From Octopus vulgaris (lineage: Eukaryota), in contig OX597816.1 in the NCBI GenBank assembly GCA_951406725.2, positions 68,758,001 through 68,822,000 of the forward strand: a stretch of DNA of 64,000 nucleotides, given 5' to 3'. Within the stretch, counting starts at the first letter, position 1; each line of letters begins with the position of its first letter. Shown piece after piece: positions 27,796 through 40,570 of this stretch. The position numbers were made by a program, and so were the translations under genes. The notes under the pieces are model-generated. The model worked only from the letters and a program-made list of their open reading frames with translations, searched no databases and had not been told where the DNA came from.

Positions 27796-27808
27796 GTACG
27801 TACATAAA

Positions 27809-27853
<45 letters not shown>

Positions 27854-28033
27854 TCCAATGAAAAGAAGACAACGAAAATAAATATATGTAGTATATATGT
27901 GTGCGTGTGTGTATATAGGTGTATGTGTGAGTGTGTCGGTGTGTAAAAAACGCTTTGCATGTTCTGCTACAATGTGCACACACACACACATACACACACA
28001 CACACATACACACACACACACATACACACACAC
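27548..28033. repeat. Compound (CA)n/(CATA)n/(TA)n microsatellites
   Basis: Direct reading. Confidence 0.9.
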
Positions 28034-29021
28034 AGAATCCCATATAAATAACGTAACTTAAAGGGTAAAATTTCAAAATAATGATAAATGTATTTTCTTT
28101 TTGTAGAACCAAATATATAATGATGGTCGATATAAAGCAGAATAGTTCTTAGATGTGGCTTCCGCCGTGGTTTTCTTTATTCTTGATATCAGATGAATTC
28201 AATGAATTAATTTCTATGAATACTAAAACTTCTAAACGAGTTACTAAAAATTTAACATATCGATATATTTGACACTCTTCCCTCTCTATCTGTTTGTGTC
28301 TGTTTGTATGTATGTGTGTGTGTCTCTCTCTCCTTGTCTCTGTTTTGGTTTTTTCCTTGCCCCTATATCTGTCTGTGTCGTAAACACACACTCCTTTTGT
28401 CGAATTACAATACTTACAAAAGATCTATCCATCAATGAACAAAATAGTTGATATAATACAATAGAAATATCGGGAAATAGAAAAGCGTGGCAGAAGGAAA
28501 GCAGGTCAGTTTTAATCTGAATTTCTCAAGGGAGAAGAGAAAATATTTGTGATATATAATTGAATATATTTCATGTACAGAGAAAGACTCTTTATATTTT
28601 TTAAGCATTGTCATTACCTTAAGCATTCAGAGAATTATGGTTCAGGTTGATAAATTTTATTTGATTCTCCTATTGTTATTTTATTTTCTATATATAAATT
28701 GATTCAGTATCAATTCATACAGATATATAGCTTATACGTGGTTACTTGTATCGAAGTTAAATATTTACAACGATGTTAAAATCGAACGGAATGAGTGATG
28801 TATACAACCATCAATATATAAATTTTGTGAATATATAAATATAAATTTATACTTTATACACGCATATCTGTGTGTGTGAGTGCGTCTGTGCGCGTTTGTG
28901 TCTATATGCATGTGATTGTATATATACATATATATACATTTGCTGCGACCTTCTTTACTCGTATATCTGGCATCTCTCTCTCTCTCCCTCTTTCCCTTTC
29001 TCACTCTCTCCCTTTCCGTCA

Positions 29022-29057
<36 letters not shown>

Positions 29058-29318
29058 TATTCGTCTCTCAGTGTGCAATTCCCCTCTTTATTTCTTATTT
29101 CTGTTGTGACCTGTTAGTTTTTGATTTCAGTTCCTTAGAGTTCAATCCAATATCTAAATATGTTCAGTATTTGTTGCATATGGTCAACGATTACTGTACA
29201 AACTCCCAAATTTACCACCTACTCTTTTCGAACCCTACCACATAAGATCTGGTTCGAAATATATTTTTTAAAAAGTGACACACAACCACTAATATAATAA
29301 ACAGAAAAGTATTATTGC

Positions 29319-29564
29319 TAAATCTCTAAACATGAGACATTCAGTAGTAATTATTACTCTAGAGTAAAGATTATTTGCCACCGTAATGTGGCAGTCTTGG
29401 TTAGGACGATTTTACTGTCATTTAGCCTCAGGAAACATCGTCTCTAGCTGGGGCTAAATAAGAGTAACAATCGTCCAAAACAAGACTGCCACATTATGTT
29501 CGCAAATAACCTTTACTCTAGAATACTCATGTATACTACTGAATATCTCATGTTCAGAGATTTA
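29319..29564. repeat. About 245-bp imperfect palindrome (foldback/MITE-like)
   Basis: taaatctctaaacatgagacattcagtagta...ctctagagtaaag.ttatttgc...aatgtggcagtcttg..ggacgatt pairs with aatcgtcc..caagactgccacatt...gcaaataa.ctttactctaga...tactactgaatatctcatgttcagagattta. Confidence 0.85.
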
Positions 29565-29572
29565 AAATGATA

Positions 29573-29623
<51 letters not shown>

Positions 29624-29852
29624 ATATATATATATATATATTATATATATATATATATTGTTATATTTTGGAATGGTCATTTTGCCAGTTTAGCCAATAA
29701 AAACACACGCACTATATATTTGGTATTATTTTGCTTAAGTGTTATTTATTTTTTACATTAATCTTAATCTTATTTCTGGCTTGTTTCTGCTTGTCTCTGC
29801 CTCGCTTGCTTACTTTTGTGGGTTCGAGGCCGTTGTGAATTCTTGGTAGGGA

Positions 29853-29952
29853 GGAAGAAGAAGAAGAAGAAGAAGAAGAAGAAGAAGAAGAAGAAGAAGA
29901 AGAAGAAGAAGAAGAAGAAGAAGAAGAAAGAGAAGAAGAAGAAAGAGAAGAA
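29853..29952. repeat. (GAA)n microsatellite
   Basis: Direct reading. Confidence 0.95.
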
Positions 29953-29972
29953 GGATGACAATAATTTTCTAT

Positions 29973-30015
<43 letters not shown>

Positions 30016-30105
30016 GCAAGATTTTTTATGTGAAGTCGTGTGTTGAAACAGATATTGTTATATTTCGGAATGGTCATTTTGCCAGTTTAGCCAATAAAAA
30101 CACAC

Positions 30106-31154
30106 ATAGTGGCCCTTTCAGACATGCCTTCAGTTGCTACGATGGCCACCCTTGCTAGCTATGCAGATGACACACAAGTCTCCCACACAATACAAAACCC
30201 TGAAAATATTGCGCATCTGCAACAGGAGTTGGATAAAATATACAGGTGGGCGGAGGACAACAACATGCAGTTTAATGCAGGTAAGTTCCAGGCCCTGCGC
30301 TACCGGCACACAAACGTAAACGACGTGCAGACTGGATACACTGGCCCAGGAAGAATTGCAATCCCTGAGTCAAAATCAGTGCGTGACCTAGACATTGACA
30401 TGAGCAATGATGCATCTTTCCAAGTGCATATTACTAATCTGGTGATAAAATGCAGACGGCTAGCTGGATGGATTCTCCGAACTTTCAGAACAAGAGAGAA
30501 GGAGACACTGATGGTCCTCTGGAAAACATTCATCCTTAGCCGCTTGGACTACTGCTCCTAACTATGGTCACCACACAATATAAAACTAACAGCAGAACTC
30601 GAAGCAATTCAGAGAAGCTACACAAAGAAAATCGTCTCAATGCAAAATATCAGCTACTGGGAAAGACTTAAAGTATTAAACCTCTTCTCCCTAGAGCGGA
30701 GTCGGGAGAGATATGCGGTGATATCCATCTGGAAAATACTGGAGGGTCTTGTCCCAAACTTTGGCATTCAAAGTTACCCCAACCGCAGAACGGGGTGCCA
30801 CTGCATGGTGCCAAAGATTCCAACATCACCATCAAAATACAGGACCAGATACTGCAACAGCTTGGGTTTCAGAGGACCACAGCTCTTTAACATCCTCCCT
30901 AAATGCCTGAGAGACTTACATGGTGTAGATGTGGGTTTCTTAAAAACTAAACTGGATCTCTTCTTGTCGGGAGTCCCAGATGAACCTACCTCACGACAGG
31001 AGACGCAGATGCGGGCAGCAGCATCGAACTCCCTTGTTGATCAAGTGCCACGTATCAGAGGTGGATTCACATATTAGTGTAGCTCATTCAGCGGTAGTGC
31101 CCCAGCATGACCGCAGCCTTCGGGCTACAACATTTTTAAGGATTTAAGGATTTA
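30106..31154 (+). mobile_element. 5'-truncated CR1-group LINE (RT C-terminal half plus 3' UTR)
   Basis: ORFs 30109-30561 (YADD; RLDYCS*) and 30640-31077 (SYWERLKVLNLFSLER). One nonsense change versus the 48971-51272 copy. Tail ...gccttcgggctacaaca(TTTAAGGA)n. Confidence 0.95.
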
Positions 31155-31178
31155 TACATACATACATACATATATATA

Positions 31179-31380
31179 TAATTTTTTAAAGTAATCGTAC
31201 TGTCCGACTTTTCATTCACAGGGAGCATAGACAGCGACCAGCCTGAACACTTTACCACTGCTGTGCGTCACATCCAAAACGACCAACCTGTCTTCCGGAT
31301 CTATAAAGACAGTTCTAATCCAGGTTTTTCCTGACTAGCACTGCCACTACTCCGCCTCTTCCCGAAAGACGAAGGAAGAA
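31179..31380 (-). mobile_element. Tx1/L1-like APE endonuclease fragment
   Basis: Reverse complement aligns with 33820-34030 (gacaggttggtc.ttttggatgtgac...gtgttcaggctggtcgctgtctatgctc...gaaaagtcggacagtac.attactt.aaaaaatta). Confidence 0.85.
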
Positions 31381-31650
31381 TCCTTGTGGATTAATCCAGA
31401 AATCGGTCCAACTCGCGAATGACGAATTTAAACAAAAAAAGTCTGTAGCTTGCTTTCCTCGTTTCAGCAAGCTGTGTATCTATAGAGAAAAAATATTGTG
31501 CCGTTAGACCAAATATTGTGTCGTTAGACCACCTAAAGTCTATTTTTTCATCAGCATATTGGCATAGAAAAGTTTTTCTTTTGCACTTATTTATAATTGT
31601 TTATATTTATATTTTCACTTTGAAAGGTATTTTAATATATAGCCACTGAT

Positions 31651-31685
<35 letters not shown>

Positions 31686-31762
31686 ACATACAAACACACA
31701 TACATGCACACACATACACGAATACATACCTAGAGAGACAGGCTGACAGTCAGACAGTAAGT

Positions 31763-34030
31763 GTTAGTCAACAATGAAGTTTTCACCTTTCTTTCCCTCC
31801 CTCCCTCTCTCGTTTCCCCTCTCTCTCTCTTCCTACCTTTTGCTTTGCCACTGCCTGGAATTGTTTTTCGGTCGTGTTATTCTTTGCTCCACTGTGAAAG
31901 ATTGTTTTTATGAAGAAAATTGTGAAAATTTACCGTTTTAGTCGTCGAGACCACTCATTTTCTGCTGCTACAGCAGAGTTTTGCTGTTGTTTCCCTCTTG
32001 TTCCAAGGAGGAAACAGCTAAAATCATGAATTTGTCACTAATTTCTTTCGAGTCCGAAGAAAACTTAAAATTTTGTTGCAAGGCATAGAGAGGAGTATGA
32101 GGGAGGAGAGCGGTAAAGGTATAGAGGTGACTCACGCGCTCGCTACAAAGGCAGACGATAAAATGTCTAGCGAGGCAACACAACAGGAAAAATCTAGAGT
32201 TAATTTTATGAGTGCACCAGCTCGCTCTTGCGAAAATATTGAAATAATCAAGGAAGATTTTTAAAAATATCAAGGTTTACTCAAAAAGGAAGGTGAAAAT
32301 GTGAAGTTGCTCCCTCCCAGTGAATTAATCAACACGACAGAGAGAAAAACACTAATATAGAAGACTTACCACGTCAAAAATAGAAAAATTGACTTCGTGA
32401 CGAGGGAAGCAATAGAGAAATGCTTGAGGGCGATATGGCAACAAACAAGTTATATAGCAAGGGGTAGTCGCTTCGGCACTGTATAGGTGCGTTTCCCTAG
32501 CGAAGAGAAAAAACGGAACATTCAACAATGACGTTGAAGTCGGAAGAAGTAGTTCTCCTGGACTTGCTTAGGAAGGAGAACTTCAAAAATCAGGGTCAGT
32601 GATATACCACCCGAAATAGATGTGGCCTGCTGGTAGCTGCTAGTCTCACGGGCAGAGAAGATAAAAATTACCATTCTACAGACGAAGAGATACCACCACA
32701 TGAACTAGGTTGAACAAGAGTTAGAGCTCGTCATTCAAGCAACCCCATAGATTTAGAAGAAATGCCCAGTTCAATTATAATTGGGGAAGTTACCAACCTG
32801 ATGGTGGTAGTCGAGGGGCGAAAGCCGAGGTGATATAAATGTGGCGAGAAAGGCCACATAAGATCAAACTGTAAGAAGAAAGAAACAGTTAAAGGAAACG
32901 CAGCAGAAAAGGCAAGCACGCCACCGAAGACAACGACCACACCGCTAGAAATAGCAGCCACGTCGCGCGCACAAGTTACCGAAGTAAAGCTGACAGCGGG
33001 AGAAAACAACAACAATAACCAGGAGTGGGTCACCGTGAAACCTTCATAAAAGAAGACGGAAACGAAAAGACCCCCCCCACTTCAGATACACAGGACTATG
33101 CCCCGAGAGAGACAAGCACACCCACACCCACAAATACAGCCGCAAACACACACGTAGCCTCCTCCACAAAAAAAAAAACAAAGAAAAGACACACACACTG
33201 GAAAAGGCACACACAAATATACAGACACCTACCACAAGCACACACACACCTACAACCACCCACGCATCTACAAGCACACACACACACCCATCTACAATCG
33301 ACTAATAAAAAAAAAAGAGAAACAACTTCACGGCGATAAACAAAAATAATAATCTCTTAAGGGACCAAATTGTTTTAATGAAGTTGGCGAAAAAATATAT
33401 CGCAACAGATTTAAAAAGAACAATTCTTGCGAATGTCGAGTTTTATACCATCGACAACACAGACTATTTCGAACTAAAAAAAATCTTTTGCGGAGAACGT
33501 CGGCCTATTACAGATGAACTTTTCCAGCCATCTGTACAGGCAATTCTCTAAACAAATGACCTCGAAAACCACAACACTTACAGACAGAAAAGAGGAGGAT
33601 GAAACTACACGCTCTCTCCCACATATGATTTATTTTTCTCGTTCTCGTTTAAACTCGGGTGTTTAAAGTACGTGGCCTGGGGGTCCGATTGGAAGAAAGG
33701 CTGCCTCTTTGATGACCTTGGGTCGCGTCGTTTGGACGTAGTTGTAATTACCGAATCCAGACTGAGTAGACTGCTCACTTTTTCACCCCTCCTAAACGGT
33801 TACGAGAAATACGTTTCTCCTTGCCGACCGGGAAGGGTCGGAGGAGTATCAGTGCGAGCCAGGAAAAACCTGGATTTAGAGATTAGAATTGTCTTTATAG
33901 GTCCGGACGACAGGTTGGTCATTTTGGATGTGACACACTGCAGTGATAACGTGGTAACGTGTTCAGGCTGGTCGCTGTCTATGCTCTCGGTGAAGGAAAA
34001 GTCGGACAGTACAATTACTTAAAAAAATTA
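31763..34030 (+). mobile_element. Tx1/L1-like LINE 5' part: decayed ORF1 (zinc knuckle) plus ORF2 APE N-terminus
   Basis: VVVEGRKPR*YKCGEKGHIRSNC (CCHC knuckle, about 32804-32872) followed by a T/P-rich linker. Then LDVVVITESRL...GGVSV...RLVILDV...FRLVAVYA (APE motifs, ORF 33672-34022). 5' boundary approximate. Confidence 0.8.
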
Positions 34031-34134
34031 TATATATATATATATATATATAAACCACCCACTTGGTGTTGCCATTTGGTGTTAATTGGATGTACTATTA
34101 AATTAATATCCAATTTTCTCATCCTTATTAGTTG

Positions 34135-34215
<81 letters not shown>

Positions 34216-35495
34216 GCATATATGCATGTATAAAGTTAATCAAAGACATACTAAGTATGTCTACTTGCTGGAAATAACAGTCAATGTTATCTACGCAAAT
34301 TGTTCACACATACGCACGTATGACTGTGCGTGTGTGTGTATACGTATGTGTGTGTGTGTTTGCATGCGTGTACGTAAATTTGCCTGAGTAACGTAAAGTT
34401 AAATCCAGTCATCAACAATCTTATCGGTTTTCCTCAGTTATTTGGAAACAGAGTCTACCCCCGCAAATGGCCCACGTTTGGATTAGGATTAACTTTATTA
34501 ATTTATTCATTTGGTAAAAAAACTCGAACAGTTTTTACTAATTTGGTCCATAAACTCGATCTTTTCTTCCTCAATGAATATCAGTACAGCTTTTGTAAAA
34601 GAAGAAATGTGAACCAGCTGTGCTATGCTGCTTATCAGTAAGATCACTTTTGGTAAATTTGATGAAATACTGCTTCTTTTCACAAAACTTTGCTATCACC
34701 GTTATTATTAAAACTTTGCTATCAACTGAACCTTGCACATAAATTTGATAGCAAACTGCTTTTAATCTGTCAGTAATTGCATCCCCATTCGTACATAACT
34801 TTTCATAGAGAATATTCATGCATGTGCTTCCGAAACATCTTACACGAAATCTACTCTGTCTCTACTAAAGATGACCGTGAAAACATCAGAAAGTAATAAC
34901 ATATTAGTATTGTTTCCATCAATAAAATTAACTATAAATATGCACAAACGCACGCTCGCTCACACACACGCGCACACACACATACACACACGCACACAAC
35001 AAACAGATAGATAGTGACAGACGCACACATTTTCACTCAAAGGATTATAACTTATAACATTTCGCCTGTTTCCTGAAGATGGCCATCGATAAGTACGTCT
35101 CATGATCGCTACTGCAGTATTACTCAGGATCTGTTTTAGCGAGCGTGTATTGACAACAGTTAGAAATACATCACAGATATTGGCCCTACTCCTCAGCGCT
35201 GCTTCAGTACATGTCCACTACAACCGATTTATTTGGCTCAAATGAAACACAGTAGTTTTCCCTCTTAAATCTGGATCGTTTTGCACAAAGACGTCCAAGA
35301 CCATATCTAAAGAAAGGTTATGCGCCTGATTCACATAAAATTACTCACAAACACTCTTCAACCTCTGACAAGGGATTCGCGTATCGTTTCCTCTGTGCTC
35401 TGTGTAGCTTCTGATTTCCTGACTTCATTGAATTGTTGCCCTCTTCCCAAATACACACCCTTTTAACTCGTATATTCGCCTCGTGTCACCCATAT

Positions 35496-35727
35496 ATATT
35501 TCTTTACTACTCACAAGGGGCTAAACATAGAAGGGACAAACAAGGACAGACAAACGGATTAAGTCGATTATATCGACCCCAATGCGAAACTGGTTCTTTA
35601 TTTATCGACCCCGAAAGAATGGAAGGCAAAGTTGACCTCGGCGGAATTTGAACTCAGAACGTAACGACAGACGAAATACCGCGAAGCATTTCGCCCGGCG
35701 CGCTAACGTTTCTGCCAGCTCGCCGCC
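35496..35727 (-). mobile_element. SINE family A
   Basis: tatttctttact...aggcaaagttgacctcggcggaatttgaactcagaacg...ctaacgtttctgccagctcgccgcc, flanked by cccatata repeats (probable TSD). Confidence 0.92.
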
Positions 35728-36017
35728 CCATATAATGTCACCCATATAATGTTCCCTCACCATCGACATCCGAGTTTACTACAATAACCATTTATTGCAA
35801 TCCAGAAATGTTGGTTTCCTGGATTAACATCCGTTTACGTTCTTTCCTACCGCTGTCGCTCAGAAGCTGATAAACAGAAGAGTTAACCGACTGCAATGTT
35901 CACTGCCAAGTAAACCGATACTACCATTGGTCTCGAAGTTAACCACCAATTCCAGTCAAGCGAAAAGAAAAAAAAAACGTGTACTATGTAAGTTGGTTGA
36001 GAGAAGTCATAGAATGA

Positions 36018-36058
36018 AAGAGAGAGAGCGAGAGGGAGACGGGATTGAGAGAGAGAGA

Positions 36059-36120
<62 letters not shown>
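36018..36120. repeat. (GA)n microsatellite
   Basis: Direct reading. Confidence 0.95.
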
Positions 36121-37031
36121 CTGGAAAAGAGAATAAGAAAAGTGGGAAGTTATTTTACAATATTATGTGTCACATTTTCTGAATATCTAATTGCTAAATC
36201 GATGGGAAGGCCTATATACAATTTGATTAGGTAGTAAAAACAAAGCTTAATTGTTTAGAAAGGCGTAAATGTTTGTAAGTGATGATTAGTCGTTAAGTGA
36301 GTGTGAATAATTGTCGGTGGAATAGGGAAACATACGAAAAGCTAAAAAATGCAAAAATAACGAACGGATTTTGTTCGACTACACAAACAATATATAACCT
36401 TTCTTTAACTGAAATGTCAAGAACTACTTCTGCTTACGTTGCTGAAAATTAGTTCTATAGTCGCCTTGCAGCTGGAAATTGAATGAGAAAATGGTAGTGA
36501 GAAGTTTTAACTCTTCGGAACAGAAAAGCAACGTAGATTGAAGATCATAAATAAAAAACCGTTTAATGCAGCGGTGGGAGTGAAAGTACCTCGTAATCGC
36601 GGGTTAGTAAGGTCTCTTTTTAATATTACTTCAAGATATAGCAACACGGAATTATTAATATGTAAGAGCAATATGGAATTTTGATTGAGGAGAGGTATCC
36701 ATATGATTGTTTTCTTTTTAAAGGGCGTTTTATTTCAAACGTTTTTCTAATAATCACGATAAACTTACGGTGATTGGATGAACGTATTAAGAGTTCGCTA
36801 AACATATTCTCTTGCCGAGCAAATAATGGAGGCTATTCCGAACAATTCTATTTATTTAACGACTATCAACGGAGTAATACACACCCCATTACTTTCTGTC
36901 TGTAAAGTAACTGGTTTAGTAACTATCAAGGATTGTTCCTCAATGAAAATATTTAGTACCGTCGTGTATGAGATAAGACACATTGTAGGCATCGAGAATA
37001 GCATATTCCCTTGTAATACCGGTAGCGAAAG

Positions 37032-37372
37032 CGGATGCCTCGGTGGTTAGAGCGTCGGGTTCACAACCATGAAGTTGTGAGTTCGATTCCAAGACCGCAC
37101 TGTGTGTTGTGTTCTTGAGCAAGACACATTATTTCACGTTGCTTCAGTTCACTCAGCTGTAGAAATGAGTTGCAACATCACTGGTACCAAGCTGTACCAG
37201 CCTTTGCCTTTCCCATGGATAACATCAATGATGTGGAGAGGAAAGGCTGGTTTGCATGGGTGACTGCTGGTCTTCTATAAACAACCTTGCCCAGTGTTAT
37301 GCCTCGGAGAAGAACTTTCTAGTTTCAATCCCATGGTCATTCATGACCGAAGGGGGTCTTTACTCTTTACCG
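37032..37372 (+). mobile_element. tRNA-derived SINE family D (CORE-like middle)
   Basis: ggtggttagagcg (A box) ... gagttcgattcc (B box) ... ttgtgttcttgagcaagacac.ttatttcacgttgcttcagttcactcagctgtagaaatgag ... (CTTTA)n tail. Confidence 0.82.
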
Positions 37373-37802
37373 GTAGAAAGCTAAGAGTAAGAAGAGGTAA
37401 TATGACCAGGCAGTGACTTTTGAAATTTCCATTTTTTTGTATTTATTTTAGTATTTGTTGTACAAATTATATATTTCTCAAAGCGTAAATTGTTACTGTG
37501 GGTTATACATACATTCCTAATAACCTTTTTCTACTCCAAGGTATTCTCAATTTCAATTTCAATATTTAGAAAAAGAAAAAAAGAGGGCAAATTTTAAGTT
37601 GTTTGAGTACATAAGATATTTAAATTTCCAATAAACCTGATGATTGAGCAACTCTTCTATGAGAGATCTATACGGATAGAACATTAAAATTGCTGTAGCC
37701 TAGGAAACACAACGGTCAGAGGGAGCTGAGCTAATTTATATTTTGCAGGCTGGTTATAGGGCAAGAGAAAGAGAGGAGTTAAGCTGAGCAGTGATTTAGA
37801 CA

Positions 37803-38060
37803 TTGCTGCTGTTGCTGTTGCTGTTGAGCGAACGGTCTTCTTCCCAGAGCTCGCATGATGGGAGACGTCCGAAACGTGGTCCTTTGCTATTCGTAAGTCC
37901 CGCAGAAGAGAAAGCAGGTCAAACACCGACACCGAGAGCATCAACGGATGGATGAATGCTCATCCAGGCTCAGCGGTTGCGTAGGAAGTCGGGGACAAGA
38001 AACAGGAAGAAAGAGCGAGAGAAAGTTGCAGCGAAAGGGTACAACAGGGGTCGCCACCAC
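37803..38060 (-). mobile_element. Headless copy of the 12514-12905 composite SINE
   Basis: Reverse complement matches 12648-12905. Confidence 0.88.
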
Positions 38061-38061
38061 A

Positions 38062-38555
38062 TTACTCTTTTTACTCTTTTTTTTATTTGTTTCAGTCATT
38101 TGACTGCGGCCATGCTGGAGCATCTCTCGCTCTTTCTTCCTGTTTCTTGTCCCCGACTTCCTACGCAACCGCTGAGCCTGTGTGCGCATTCATCCATCCG
38201 TCGATGCTCTCGGTGTCGGGGGTTGACCTGCTTTCTCTTCTGCGGGTTTTACTAAAGGCGGTACTCCAGCAAATCGACCCCAGGACTTATTCTTTGTATG
38301 TCTAGTACTTATTCTACCAGTGTCTCTTGCCGAACAGCTAAGTTCCGGGGACGTTTTCACACCAGCATCGGTTGTCAAGCGATGTTGGGGGGACAAACAT
38401 ATATATACGACGGGCTTCTTTCAGTTTCCGTCTACCAAATCCAGGCTTGGTTGGCCCTAAGCCATAGTAGAAGACACTTGCCGAAGATGCCACGCAGTGG
38501 GACTGAACCCGGAGCCATGTGGTTGGTAAGCAAGCTACTTACCACACAGCCACTT
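38062..38555 (-). mobile_element. SINE family B carrying an inverted-duplication insert (38123-38270)
   Basis: Tail at 38062-38122 and body/head at 38271-38555, interrupted by an inverted copy of 37899-38021. Confidence 0.85.
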
Positions 38556-38851
38556 CTACATTGTTTAAATTTATGATACAAAAAAACAACAACAAAAAAC
38601 AAATTAACCGCAGGTCGCTGCTCATAAACCCGATATATATCTTATCACTGATGCTGCACTAGACGCCTAATATACAATATAAGATATAAATGTTTCCGTC
38701 ATAAAGCTTAACATTACATAGAAGTTATTCCGGCGTTCAAAATATTTTGTGGATGTTGTCAAACTTATGACCGCTTCTTAAACAATGATATTTATTCAAC
38801 AAAAATATTCTTGTATGTCATCTTTAGATACAAGTTACGTATACGTGCGTA

Positions 38852-39073
38852 TAGGAGGGAGTGCTGAAAAGTTCCTGGCTTTGGGTAAAAGAAAATACAG
38901 GAGGATCGGTTAATTATGATTGTATTCAGCATATTCCCCTCTCAAATTCACACATTTGTTGCAGCGTCCTTCACTTTTTCGAAACTCTGTAAAGGAATTC
39001 GGAATGTTGGGTCCTCCAGCCAGGGCTTTCGTGATACCCTTAAAATCATAAAGTTTCAGCACCCTATCTTGTA
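38852..39073. mobile_element. Mariner-derived MITE
   Basis: TAggagggagtgctgaaaagttcctggcttt ... aaagtttcagcaccctatcttgTA. The minus strand encodes a mariner C-terminus, RCNKCVNLRGEYAE. Confidence 0.82.
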
Positions 39074-39249
39074 TGTATGTATATATGCATGTATGTATCT
39101 GTGTGCGTGTGTATGTATATATGTATGTATTTATGTATGTAAGTATGTATGCATGTATGTATGAATGCATGTATGTATGAGTGCATGTATGTATCTGTGT
39201 GCGTGTGTATGTATATATATGTTTGTATGTATGTATGTATGTATGTATG

Positions 39250-39310
<61 letters not shown>

Positions 39311-39783
39311 CTCTGTCTGTCTTAGCGAAATTTCAGGACAGACACAGCACATACACACACGCACACGCATACATGTGTATGTGGGTTTATATATGTGTGT
39401 AGTGGGAACGTGTATTTGGATTCATGAGCATGTGTATTTGTCTGTGTCTGTGTATGAATGCCTTTGTGTGCATGTGTCTACAGATGTATGCTGTTATCAC
39501 ACATCTTAAAAAATGCTAATAACCTTTCCCTATTACCATATTCGTTCCCACTCCCTAAATTCCCCCACTTCTGCATCGACTATCCCTTCATCAACACCGG
39601 TTTATACATCCTAGAGCAACCGTTGGCATTTCTTTTCTCACTGCCAAATAGATCTTAATGAAAGTGCACATTTCACATCTCTCTCAATGCATAAATTTCT
39701 TGTAATGATTAATGTTCCGCTTTTGTATTTCCTATGCTAAGGCTTCCATATATTTTACTAACTGCCTGTAAGCGTACTATTCG

Positions 39784-40179
<396 letters not shown>

Positions 40180-40180
<1 letters not shown>

Positions 40181-40570
40181 AGAGACAAACACTTTCCACT
40201 CTGGTCAATCTCTCATCAACATCAAGTATCACTTGAAGAGGAAAGTGAGAGTAGAGAGGCAAGTTTTGTCTAGTGAATGTTTTAAAAAAAGATGGGTGAA
40301 TGTAGCAAGGATGGCACGTATGAATGAAGAAGCCACCTTGACTATGATCCTATGAACTGTAAAAATTAATACAGAGAGTTGCATATTTGTAAAAAAATTA
40401 TAACATGTGACTTCATTGACCGAGGTTACCGTGGTCTATTCCGTAGGTTTTTCTTTCCACGGGTAAACCTCACCTGTCCTCCCCTTTTCACTTTATATTG
40501 ACATTTCTGTGATAACGATCCCTATTGGTCGATTTTTTTCTTTTTCCTTTTATTTTTACCCCACCCCACC
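40180..40570 (+). mobile_element. Tx1/L1-like LINE 3' fragment, copy A
   Basis: Aligns to 43132-43520 ([24 protein letters not shown] plus 3' UTR). Confidence 0.9.

Noticed and set aside
37850-37895. Hammerhead-like atgatgggagacgtccgaaacgtggtc in the SINE tail
   Set aside because: Core deviates from CUGANGA in both copies, there is no stem I, and it is antisense to the SINE
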